Below are positions 1 to 7,672 of a stretch of DNA of 43,487 nucleotides, piece by piece. A program made the translations under genes and the position numbers. Source of the stretch: a virus. Lineage: Duplodnaviria > Caudoviricetes. How positions within the stretch are numbered: the first letter of the stretch is position 1; every line of letters begins with the position of its first letter. The stretch lies in the IMG/VR virus record IMGVR_UViG_3300048849_000020, positions 1 through 43,487 of that record; one strand, given 5' to 3'. The notes beneath the pieces are model-generated. The model worked only from the letters and a program-made list of their open reading frames with translations. It was not told where the DNA came from and made no database searches.

Positions 1-27
1 ACTGGGGTGAATAACGGGTCTCGAACC
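1..27. repeat. att core, left copy (duplicated 3' end of tRNA-His)
   Basis: ACTGGGGTGAATAACGGGTCTCGAACC is identical to 43361-43387; may extend left of the window. Confidence 0.95.
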
Positions 28-162
28 TGTTGTGAACGGGTCAGGTTCGCCGCTACTTCCCCGGAAATCCGCGGATGTTCGCTGTTCTGCTATATCAAAG
101 AGTCTAAGCCACTCTTGGACAAAATGGGGGGTTGATGTAGGCGTGCCTACCGCGCCTACGGG

Positions 163-528
163 TCAAGAGGCGGCGAGGTACACCCTGAGTAGATGAGGTG
201 TGACAGCAAGTTCCACGCACCATTCGGCCGGGTCATGCCGCCATCTGCGGAGGTCATCAAGCAGGTCGGCATCGATCAGCCGGCGCGCTGCCGTGAGGTC
301 CGCGTAGTGCTCGAGCTTGGGTAGTAGCAGGCCAACGTCCCGGTGTCGGGCTTCCGCGTGCGCTGCTTCGTGCGCTAGGACACTGCGTCGGTGGATCTTC
401 TTGAGCCGAGGCCGTACGAGAACAGTCCGCACGTCATCGACGTAGAGACCGTTCGACGCTCGCAACGGGTACTCCACAACCTGGACCCCGAGGGCGTCCA
501 GGTGCGCATCTGGTTCGTAACTCCCCAC
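163..528 (-). CDS. ImmA/IrrE-family zinc metallopeptidase (putative anti-repressor)
   Basis: RSVLAHEAAH HExxH motif, downstream E-x-x-A-D and A-A-R-R-L-I, C-terminal ELAVT; lies directly downstream of the repressor. Confidence 0.88.
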   Translation of the reverse strand: MGSYEPDAHLDALGVQVVEYPLRASNGLYVDDVRTVLVRPRLKKIHRRSVLAHEAAHAEARHRDVGLLLPKLEHYADLTAARRLIDADLLDDLRRWRHDPAEWCVELAVTPHLLRVYLAAS

Positions 529-531
529 GCG

Positions 532-1002
532 CTACTCCTCGTCATCTTCTTCAACACCTCCCTCATCGTTGCGGGAGGCGACAGCTTGGTGAGAGCCATC
601 CTCATAATCTGCGGCCCCACCGACAGTGGGGAACGCAACCACGTTGGACCGCGTTTCGCGGACACCATCGGCCAAGTCCCCGATGGCGAGATCCACATGC
701 TTGCCGCGGCGCTCTTCCGGGATGGCTTCGATCAGCGTTCCGATCGTCGCAAGCCAAATCTCCGTCTGCTTCTCGAACTGCACGGGGTCAGTGTCGACAC
801 CGAGGGCGTTGAGGACGCGCTTCAACGTGGCGAGCTGCGGCGTGAAGCCGTTCTCCATGTTGTTGATCGTCTGCCTCGAGGTCTTCGCTTCGGTGGCGAG
901 CTCCTGCTGCGTGAGGTCCGACGCAAGACGAAGTGTCTTGACACGGCCCGCCCACTCAGCGCGCTCGTCCGCAGTGAGCGTGTCCCAGTTCTTACTTGAC
1001 AT
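532..1002 (-). CDS. XRE/Cro-C1 HTH immunity repressor
   Basis: LRLASDLTQQELATEAKTSRQTINNMENG HTH; divergent from a Cro-like gene. Confidence 0.88.
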   Translation of the reverse strand: MSSKNWDTLTADERAEWAGRVKTLRLASDLTQQELATEAKTSRQTINNMENGFTPQLATLKRVLNALGVDTDPVQFEKQTEIWLATIGTLIEAIPEERRGKHVDLAIGDLADGVRETRSNVVAFPTVGGAADYEDGSHQAVASRNDEGGVEEDDEE

Positions 1003-1037
1003 CGCCCTGCCCGTTCTCCCGTGTGTTCACGTGGAAG

Positions 1038-1125
1038 ACTGTATCCAGACTTTGACATCGTGCGCAAGTCCGCAAGAAAACTTTGTCTTTAGGGGTTGCA
1101 CCTCGTGTCAAAGAGTGCGTAGAGT
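1038..1125. promoter_or_regulatory. Divergent immunity switch promoters with two operator-like sites
   Basis: Minus strand TTGCGC-18-TACAGT (1067-1038); plus strand TTGCAC-18-TAGAGT (1096-1125), 7 nt before the cro ATG; CTTTGACA-N6-GCAA at 1050-1067 (+) and 1096-1113 (-), each overlapping a -35. Confidence 0.65.
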
Positions 1126-1132
1126 CCTTGAC

Positions 1133-1336
1133 ATGCCAGGACAACGAGGAAGTCCGGGAGAGTCCATCAGGACCCTCCGCAAGATGGCCGGCCTGTCCCT
1201 TGAGGCGGTAGCGGCCACCGCGGACACCTCAGTCGCGTACTTGTCGAAGGTGGAGACGGGGAAGCTCATCCCCACCAACGTGTACGTGGCGAAGGTGACC
1301 GCTGTGATCGCGGCACGCCTCAGAGACGCGGCATGA
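1133..1336 (+). CDS. Cro-like HTH protein
   Basis: IRTLRKMAGLSLEAVAATADTSVAYLSKVETG XRE HTH; first gene of the rightward early operon. Confidence 0.85.
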   Translation: MPGQRGSPGESIRTLRKMAGLSLEAVAATADTSVAYLSKVETGKLIPTNVYVAKVTAVIAARLRDAA

Positions 1337-1560
1337 CGCCCGACAAGGGCGAGAGAGCCATAACCGTGGCCGAACTCGCTCAGATGCTCAGCATCTCCGA
1401 GTGGAAGGCGCGGGAACTGGGGAAGGATCCCCTGTTCCCGTCCTTCCGCAACGGCAACCAGCACCGCTTCTGGCCCTCCGAGGTCAAAGCCTGGACTCAG
1501 CAGCCACGGGATCCGTGGAAGCAGTCGGCCCGTTCCCTGGGCCGCAAGCGCAACCGGTAG
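1333..1560 (+). CDS. Excisionase-like (HTH_17/MerR-type) DNA-binding protein
   Basis: ITVAELAQMLSIS...FPSFRNGNQHRFWPSEVKAW; ATGA overlap with cro. Confidence 0.8.
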   Translation: MTPDKGERAITVAELAQMLSISEWKARELGKDPLFPSFRNGNQHRFWPSEVKAWTQQPRDPWKQSARSLGRKRNR

Positions 1561-1881
1561 CCAGCCCGGTTTCTCATCGGCCGACATGGCCGGTATTCGG
1601 CGTGCCCGCACGCCTCTCACATACCCATCGTCGGATGGCACCAGCCCCGACTCGGCGACGGAAATACACAGCGTGTTCACCTCTGGCTTGACGGGGGTGC
1701 GGCAGTAGGAGCAGTACGGGCGTCGTGGTGGGCGTGGCCGGCAGTCCTGCCGAATCTGCGGATGGATTCCGTAATCGATCGACGTGTCCAGTCACATGCG
1801 TGGGGCTGGTCGGTGGTGAACGCAGACAAGTCAAGTGTCCCCGGATGGTCGTAAACGCGGTCCGACTCCGCGTTCGGGGAC

Positions 1882-2136
1882 ATGACTGAAATCAAATGGG
1901 AAGAGCCTGGCCTTAAGCGTCAGGCGAGGATCGACTGGGCAAGCGTCTTCACGGCGCTTCGTTCTCGTCCTGGCGCTTGGGCTCTGGTCGCAGAGAACGC
2001 GTCGCCGGGTACCGCACAGAACATCAAGCGGGGCCGGGTGGGTGGTGCTTCGGCCGGAGAGTTCGATGCCGTGGTACGTGACTTAAAGGACAACCGCGGG
2101 TCGGTATACGCCCGATACGTCGGTGATGAAGCATGA
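1882..2136 (+). CDS. Phage hypothetical protein
   Basis: 84-aa ORF with ATGA coupling to the next gene. Confidence 0.75.
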   Translation: MTEIKWEEPGLKRQARIDWASVFTALRSRPGAWALVAENASPGTAQNIKRGRVGGASAGEFDAVVRDLKDNRGSVYARYVGDEA

Positions 2137-2453
2137 CCCCGCTTGAGGAACTGCAGGCCGCACACAAGCGGCTGACGACCTTGCAGAAGAACGGAGCGGT
2201 TGGGCCGTGGCGCACGTCGCAGTACAACCGAATGATGCCCACTCGTGTCCTTGAGTACGAGGAAGGCGGAGAGGTCGCCATCGTTCCGATCGAGGAAGAC
2301 GCTGACCTCATCTGCGCCCTGCACCGCACCATCGACGCGCAGTTGATGATGCTGTCCGCGGCCAAGGCATACCTGGCTCGCGTTGATGCGGACGAGACGT
2401 TGGTGCACGCCGAAGTGGAACTGGCCCGCGCGATCAACGGGGAGGCGTCGTGA
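2133..2453 (+). CDS. Phage hypothetical protein (Ead/Ea22-like N-terminal module)
   Basis: GAVGPW...EDADLICAL pattern; coupled overlaps. Confidence 0.7.
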   Translation: MTPLEELQAAHKRLTTLQKNGAVGPWRTSQYNRMMPTRVLEYEEGGEVAIVPIEEDADLICALHRTIDAQLMMLSAAKAYLARVDADETLVHAEVELARAINGEAS

Positions 2454-2632
2454 CGCTCGTGCAGTGCCCGCATGGCTATCACCACCCGCGCCCATTCCAA
2501 CGCGATTACCCGCACTCGTGCGATGGCTGCTGGTGTGAAGGTGAACGCGACCGCCGTGAGTACGGGTGGGCGCACGACACGACACCCGCTGAATCTGAAA
2601 ATTCGACGCAGCCATTTGCAAGATGTGGCTAA
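2450..2632 (+). CDS. Small Cys/His-rich hypothetical protein
   Basis: GGAGG RBS, GTGA overlap, CPHG...CDGC. Confidence 0.55.
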   Translation: MTLVQCPHGYHHPRPFQRDYPHSCDGCWCEGERDRREYGWAHDTTPAESENSTQPFARCG

Positions 2633-2791
2633 ATCTGAAACTGCCCCATCCTCAGCCCTAAACCCGGTGCTCAATCCCGGTCGTCCGCATGACGTCAGTT
2701 GCGGTATGGGCACCAAGAGCGCATCGATCTTGACCCGAATTTGATCGATGCGCTCTTTCAACGCACAAGCACAACCCGATGGAGGGAACAC

Positions 2792-2959
2792 ATGCAGTTC
2801 AAACCGATGGATCGAGTCCGGCACAAGGACGGTCGCGAGGGAATGGTCGAGCGAGTAACGGCCAACAAAGTATCTGTCCAGTTCCCCCATCACTGGCGTT
2901 CGAGCGTTGTCAACGCGGAGAACCTAGAACACGTCGCTAAGGAGCGGGACCGTGATTGA
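2792..2959 (+). CDS. Small SH3/KOW-like hypothetical protein
   Basis: GGAGG RBS; FKPMDRVRHKDGREGMVERV...VSVQF. Confidence 0.65.
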   Translation: MQFKPMDRVRHKDGREGMVERVTANKVSVQFPHHWRSSVVNAENLEHVAKERDRD

Positions 2960-3143
2960 CCTGAACGCAAGACCCACTTACCCCACTCTTCCCGCCCCCA
3001 CATTCGAGTCCTTCAACCTGACGTGCCGTAACTGCTCCTGGAAGCAGTCGCACATTGTGACGGCTGAGTATGCGCGGACGTTGCGGATTCAGCACGAGTA
3101 CCGGTACGACCGACACAAGGTGGATGGGGCGAGCAATGCTTAA
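2952..3143 (+). CDS. Small Zn-finger-like hypothetical protein
   Basis: AAGGAG RBS; CRNC...H...H. Confidence 0.6.
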   Translation: MIDLNARPTYPTLPAPTFESFNLTCRNCSWKQSHIVTAEYARTLRIQHEYRYDRHKVDGASNA

Positions 3144-3441
3144 CGCGAGAGTCACGGATCCTGCCGAGTCAATGGAAGCGTTCGACCCGGACCATGCACG
3201 CATCATCCTCGCCGCTGTGCAGTGGCTGTACACGCTGAACCCTGCATCGGATGAGGAAATCGCGGACCTGTACTTCCGCAACCTGGATACCTTCGACTGG
3301 CCGTACTGCGATTGGGAATCGGTTCGGAAGCGTTGCTCTGATGCGCGCCGGCTCGATAAGCGCATCCAGAAGGTGGGCACGACGAAGAGCTCGCACGGGA
3401 AAACGGTCGGCGTGTACGGGATTGTGGAGGTGGCGGCATGA
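3136..3441 (+). CDS. Putative winged-helix DNA-binding protein
   Basis: ARVTDPAES...SDEEIA...SVRKRCSD...GKTVGVY pattern seen in small phage wHTH proteins. Confidence 0.6.
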   Translation: MLNARVTDPAESMEAFDPDHARIILAAVQWLYTLNPASDEEIADLYFRNLDTFDWPYCDWESVRKRCSDARRLDKRIQKVGTTKSSHGKTVGVYGIVEVAA

Positions 3442-3863
3442 ACGGTCAGGCTGGCACACACTCGAGCATGTTCGCCGCGTACTTCCCCGGCGAGAAGTAC
3501 ACGATCACTTTCGAACCAACTTCCGAACAGTCCGACGCAATGACACGCATGGTCGCGGCCCGGTCCACGTCGAATGCGGAGTGGGAAACGATGCTGCAGA
3601 TGCTCGGCATCATCCCGTCGAAAGGTGCGTTCAACCCGACCGCACGTGACGCGTGGACGAAGAAGCCGACTCGTGTGCCGGATAAGAAGCCGAACGTTGC
3701 GGTCGCTTCGGATGGCTCGACGGAATGCAAGAACGGTCACATCCGGTCGCAGTATTCGTTCCTGGATCCGCGCGGTCATGTTCGGTGCCGTAAGTGCCAT
3801 GCGGTTTCGACTGCTGACAGTCGGAAGCGGAAGCAGACTGAGATGAAGGAGAAGGCGGCATGA
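3438..3863 (+). CDS. Hypothetical protein with C-terminal CxxGH...CxxC zinc module
   Basis: TECKNGH...RCRKCH followed by a basic tail. Confidence 0.7.
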   Translation: MNGQAGTHSSMFAAYFPGEKYTITFEPTSEQSDAMTRMVAARSTSNAEWETMLQMLGIIPSKGAFNPTARDAWTKKPTRVPDKKPNVAVASDGSTECKNGHIRSQYSFLDPRGHVRCRKCHAVSTADSRKRKQTEMKEKAA

Positions 3864-4135
3864 GTGAGATGACGCAGCACGAGATTGAGCGGTTGAGCAC
3901 TGCGATTGGCTCCGTTCTATTCAATGCTTCGAACTACCCAAGTGCGGTAGCGCCGCACGTTCTCGGTCAGAACATTGGTCCCCTGCGCCAGAAAGTGTTC
4001 GAGGCGGTGCTTGCAGCTCTCACGCCTCGGTCCGTGGCCAATCGAGAGTGTTCGGTCTGCCACGGAAACGGCACGCACCCGAGGGGTGGCACGCATTGCC
4101 CCTCTTGCCTAGGCGTCGGGGTCGAACTTTCATGA
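3860..4135 (+). CDS. Hypothetical protein with DnaJ-like CxxCxGxG zinc finger
   Basis: CSVCHGNG...CPSCLGVG. Confidence 0.7.
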   Translation: MSEMTQHEIERLSTAIGSVLFNASNYPSAVAPHVLGQNIGPLRQKVFEAVLAALTPRSVANRECSVCHGNGTHPRGGTHCPSCLGVGVELS

Positions 4136-4279
4136 GGCGGCGATGCTTCTGGTGCTGCATCGAGTTGAGGTGGTGGCAACTGAACGCATGTAAGCAGTGC
4201 GGCACCGCGATGCGTCTTGCATATGTCGGTCCGCCCACCCGTTTTGCGGCTTATGCAGACGCGCGACAGCGGGAAGATT

Positions 4280-4591
4280 ATGACTGACGCGCCACTCCCG
4301 TTCACCATGTCGAAGCATGCGATTGATCGTGCGTTGGAGATGGGTGTGACGGGTGAAGAGATCCGGGCTGCGTACGACCGGCCGGCGGAAATCATTTGGT
4401 CGTCACGGTACAAGGCGTTCTGCTACGTGCGTGGACGGGTCACATTGGCGGTCACGGAAGACCGCAGCTGTGTGATGACTGTCCTGTGGGCGTCGGAACA
4501 CGGATGGCGCGCCGACTACGCACGCGGCGGAACCATGACCGGCCGCGAACGACGCAACAGCAAAGACATGCAACACCTGCCAAGGAGATGA
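4280..4591 (+). CDS. DUF4258-like (RelE/BrnT-fold-like) protein
   Basis: MSKHAIDRALEMGVTGEEI...VTLAV...VMTV pattern. Confidence 0.6.
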   Translation: MTDAPLPFTMSKHAIDRALEMGVTGEEIRAAYDRPAEIIWSSRYKAFCYVRGRVTLAVTEDRSCVMTVLWASEHGWRADYARGGTMTGRERRNSKDMQHLPRR

Positions 4592-4788
4592 ACGTGACGA
4601 AGAACGAAGAGCGCACCGTGCAGGTGCCCGTGTCGCTGATCGAGCGCATCGACTCTGCTTACAACGCGAGCGCCGACACTCTCGCTGCCCTGATCGAGCA
4701 GTTGTGGATGCTCTCGAAGCCGAATCCGCCCATCACCCCGTCGAGCATCGCCGACATGGCACCGGGGACAAAGGAGCCGACCGCATGA
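4588..4788 (+). CDS. Phage hypothetical protein
   Basis: ATGA overlaps at both ends. Confidence 0.6.
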   Translation: MNVTKNEERTVQVPVSLIERIDSAYNASADTLAALIEQLWMLSKPNPPITPSSIADMAPGTKEPTA

Positions 4789-4898
4789 CCCGCAAACGCA
4801 TCCGCATCTTCCTCCGTGAAGCCGCCGCAACCACCATCGCGGCGGCTTTCCTCATGGGGCTGCTGATCATCGGGAACATTTTCGGGCAGGTGAGTTGA
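4785..4898 (+). CDS. Small single-TM membrane protein
   Basis: AAGGAG RBS; basic N-terminus then IAAAFLMGLLIIGNIF. Confidence 0.6.
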   Translation: MTRKRIRIFLREAAATTIAAAFLMGLLIIGNIFGQVS

Positions 4899-5017
4899 AT
4901 GAACGACCCGCTGCCGTGGATTTGGTTGCGCGCGACAGGTGTACACGACCGCCTCGAGCTCACCGGCCAGGAACGCATCACCTTCGAAGCAATCGCCAAC
5001 CGGAACGAGGACGTGTG

Positions 5018-5368
5018 GTGAACGACATTCAGAAAGCACGGGATGTGTTGGCGAAGTGGCGCACAGCCGCGACCCAAGGCACATGGGAGGCTCGGTTGCC
5101 TGAGCGCCCATATCCGGAGTATGCGGACATCTACTCGGGCGAAGAGGTCGTTGCCTACAATGCTGACTGCGACGGCGCAATGGACGCCGTAGACGCCCGC
5201 CTCATCGTCGGCACCGCGGGCAACCCCGACCTGCTCGACGCGATCGACGGTGTGCTCGCGCAGGCGCAGCATCAGGTCGAGGACGTTGTAGACAACCCCG
5301 ACGAGGTGGCGCACGCCCGCCGCATCGCCACCGCGATCCTCGCTGCCGAGGAACGGATGAGCCTATGA
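5018..5368 (+). CDS. Phage hypothetical protein (Ead/Ea22-like module)
   Basis: AATQGTW...DARLIV pattern. Confidence 0.65.
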   Translation: MNDIQKARDVLAKWRTAATQGTWEARLPERPYPEYADIYSGEEVVAYNADCDGAMDAVDARLIVGTAGNPDLLDAIDGVLAQAQHQVEDVVDNPDEVAHARRIATAILAAEERMSL

Positions 5369-5583
5369 CAGCCGCACGCGCATCCCTCAGCCAGCCGCCC
5401 CTCGTACTCGCAGACGGGCGGCTTCTCATTTACCCGGACGGCGAATACATGGCCTTCTACGGGCCGAAGAACAGTTCATGGACAACCGGCACCCTCGACG
5501 GCCGCGACCTTGCAGCGTTGCAACAGTACCTGCCCGCAGTAGTCGACAACGTGATTGATTTTTACGGGAAGGAAGTGGTGTAG
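5365..5583 (+). CDS. Phage hypothetical protein
   Basis: Coupled ORF; resembles 5726-5935. Confidence 0.65.
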   Translation: MTAARASLSQPPLVLADGRLLIYPDGEYMAFYGPKNSSWTTGTLDGRDLAALQQYLPAVVDNVIDFYGKEVV

Positions 5584-5733
5584 ATGACTGCGCCTGTTTT
5601 GCTCGATTTGTACGGAAGGCCTTTGCCCAGGACGCTCGATCACGGTGTCGACGCGGACAAGTACATCCGCTTCTTCAATACCGTCGGAACGCTGTGGTCC
5701 CGAATCGCAGAGGGGAAGCGCCGCGATGGATGA
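5584..5733 (+). CDS. Small hypothetical protein (49 aa)
   Basis: Read by hand; fills the gap between coupled genes (MTAPVLLDLYGRPL...). Confidence 0.55.
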   Translation: MTAPVLLDLYGRPLPRTLDHGVDADKYIRFFNTVGTLWSRIAEGKRRDG

Positions 5734-5935
5734 CGACCTGATTCCCGTGTTCATCGCCAGCAGTTACGACTTCGAGCTGTACGAGGACGGCGAATGGCGC
5801 GTGTGGCAGGACGGCAAAGTGATCGTGTCTGGTGCATTCAGCCGCCGCGACCTGTCGAACCTGGCCGAGAACGCTATCCGCATCGAGCAATCTAAAGTCG
5901 GCATCTTCGGTGACGACAGAATCGAGCCGCACTAA
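5726..5935 (+). CDS. Phage hypothetical protein
   Basis: GAGGGG RBS; acidic 69-aa ORF. Confidence 0.65.
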   Translation: MDDDLIPVFIASSYDFELYEDGEWRVWQDGKVIVSGAFSRRDLSNLAENAIRIEQSKVGIFGDDRIEPH

Positions 5936-6096
5936 TGAGTTACGTCGTCCTACTCATCGAGGAATTGCACACCGGCAACTGGTTCGAAGCGATCAGTTAC
6001 CACCCGGCGAACGAACAGCAGATCGCCCGAGCCGAAGACAGTTGCGCCACGCTTCGGCACGTACTTGGCCTCGGCGCACGAATCGAGGTGCGGTAA
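5935..6096 (+). CDS. Small hypothetical protein (53 aa)
   Basis: Read by hand; TAATG overlaps at both ends. Confidence 0.6.
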   Translation: MSYVVLLIEELHTGNWFEAISYHPANEQQIARAEDSCATLRHVLGLGARIEVR

Positions 6097-6206
6097 TGCC
6101 ACGCGAAATCCACTTCTACGAATGCGCGATCTGCGAATCCCAACACGAATCATGGTCAATCGCGGCCGAATGCGAATACGGGCACGAGATGGAGAAGGAA
6201 GTATGA
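6096..6206 (+). CDS. Tiny Zn-binding hypothetical protein (36 aa)
   Basis: GAGGTG RBS; YECAIC...AAECEYGH. Confidence 0.55.
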   Translation: MPREIHFYECAICESQHESWSIAAECEYGHEMEKEV

Positions 6207-6619
6207 CGGACATCAATCCGCAGCAGATGCGCCAGCAAGCGGACAGGACCGAGAGTGTTGCGGAGGGCCTGGATCACCTTGCCGACCGTGTTGTTCTCCG
6301 CAGGTCTGCCGCCGCTCTCCGTACCGCCGCCAACCAACTCGAAAACTACGAACGCGACCACAACTTGGTGACGCGCGAGTGGCACGAAGGATTGATGCGA
6401 CAGGTAAAGTTCCGCTCTCAAGATGAGATCGAGCAGGAGCAAGCGCAGTACGATGATTACCGAGAAAACACCCCGCCCCGCATCGAGGACATGGCACCGG
6501 GGACGACATTCATGACGGACGTTCGATTCTTGGTGGACGCGCATGGAACCCCGCTGCCACATTCTGGGTTTGACGCGTCCACAATCCGCGACGTGCGGCC
6601 GCCAAAGGAGCAGCCATGA
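6203..6619 (+). CDS. Phage hypothetical modular protein
   Basis: AAGGA RBS; N-terminus resembles 42439-42975. Confidence 0.7.
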   Translation: MTDINPQQMRQQADRTESVAEGLDHLADRVVLRRSAAALRTAANQLENYERDHNLVTREWHEGLMRQVKFRSQDEIEQEQAQYDDYRENTPPRIEDMAPGTTFMTDVRFLVDAHGTPLPHSGFDASTIRDVRPPKEQP

Positions 6620-6731
6620 CCACCACACACCCCGTCGGCTGGGACCGCACCCGCGCAGACGAATGGGCGAAACTCCCCGGACCGATCATGCGATGGGTGA
6701 TGGTGATGCGGTTTAGGAAGGAGATGCGGGG

Positions 6732-7001
6732 ATGGTGAACGAGATGCCGACACGTAATCAGATTGCGGATGTACTGGACTCGCTGGCGCGCACGTTGGCA
6801 TTCTCTTCCCGGGACTGGGGCGCGAACGCCCGTGATGCCTGGTTATGGGGCATTCTCATTGGCTGGGATGCCGACGAGCCTGGTGAAGAGTCCGCGATGT
6901 ACGAGATGGCACGCTCGCATGGATGGAGCGAAGCAACTATCGCTCGCCTTCGCGGACTTCACGACGTCGTGCTCGCCGTGGTCGAGAAGGGGGACGCATG
7001 A
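6732..7001 (+). CDS. Phage hypothetical protein
   Basis: AAGGAG RBS; SRDW...DAWLWGILIGW motif. Confidence 0.7.
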   Translation: MVNEMPTRNQIADVLDSLARTLAFSSRDWGANARDAWLWGILIGWDADEPGEESAMYEMARSHGWSEATIARLRGLHDVVLAVVEKGDA

Positions 7002-7672
7002 CCCTCGCAATCCACGACGTCGAGCAAGGTTCGCAGGAATGGCTCGACCTCAGATGCGGACTACTCACCGCGTCCACTATCGGCCAGCTCATCAGCCCCA
7101 AAACGATCAAGCCCGCCAGCAACGACACATCGCGGGCGCTCACCACGCACCTCGTCGCTGAACGCATCACCGGCTACGTAGAGCCCACCTTCGTCAGCGC
7201 CGACATGGAACGCGGCAACATGGACGAACCGGTAGCGCGCGAGCTCTACTCCGAGCACTACGCGCCAGCCGTTCAGGTTGGGTTCATGACAAACGAGTTC
7301 AACGGCCACCGAATCGGGTACTCGCCAGACGGACTCGTTGGTGACAACGGACTCATTGAGATCAAGTCCCGCCGGCAGAAGAAGCACCTGCAGACGATCC
7401 TCGATGACGCTGTTCCGCCCGAGAACATGGCCCAGATTCAGACAGGGCTGCTCGTCACCGGACGCGACTGGCTCGACTATGTGTCCTACTGCGGCGGGAT
7501 GCCCCTTTACGTGAAGCGCGTACAGCCCGACGCTCGCTGGTTCGACGCCCTCAAGAGCGCCCTCGACCAGTTCGAAACCACCGCAGCAACCATGCTCGCC
7601 GCCTACCCCACAGCCATCGCCGGTGCGCCCAAGACCGAGCGCGCTCTAGACATCGGAGAACTGACCTTCTGA
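6998..7672 (+). CDS. YqaJ/lambda-exonuclease-family recombination exonuclease
   Basis: QGSQEWLDLRCGLLTAS, MERG..DEP.AR, SPDGLV, IEIKS, QIQTGL. Confidence 0.93.
   Translation: MTLAIHDVEQGSQEWLDLRCGLLTASTIGQLISPKTIKPASNDTSRALTTHLVAERITGYVEPTFVSADMERGNMDEPVARELYSEHYAPAVQVGFMTNEFNGHRIGYSPDGLVGDNGLIEIKSRRQKKHLQTILDDAVPPENMAQIQTGLLVTGRDWLDYVSYCGGMPLYVKRVQPDARWFDALKSALDQFETTAATMLAAYPTAIAGAPKTERALDIGELTF

Noticed and set aside
1-27. Second tRNA gene at the left end
   Set aside because: Only the 27-bp 3' fragment (att duplication) is present; the sequence diverges at position 28
532-1002. Integration-dependent immunity (attP inside the repressor gene, as in mycobacteriophage BPs)
   Set aside because: The att core is about 500 bp downstream of the repressor stop, so the gene is not truncated by integration
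1837-1881. Phage-encoded tRNA gene
   Set aside because: No D-arm or anticodon arm and no CCA; kept only as a tRNA-like minihelix finding
1133-3863. ssrA-like C-terminal Ala-Ala degradation tags on early proteins (RDAA, EVAA, EKAA)
   Set aside because: Largely explained by GCA-TGA/ATGA translational-coupling overlaps; cannot be distinguished from real tags by sequence alone
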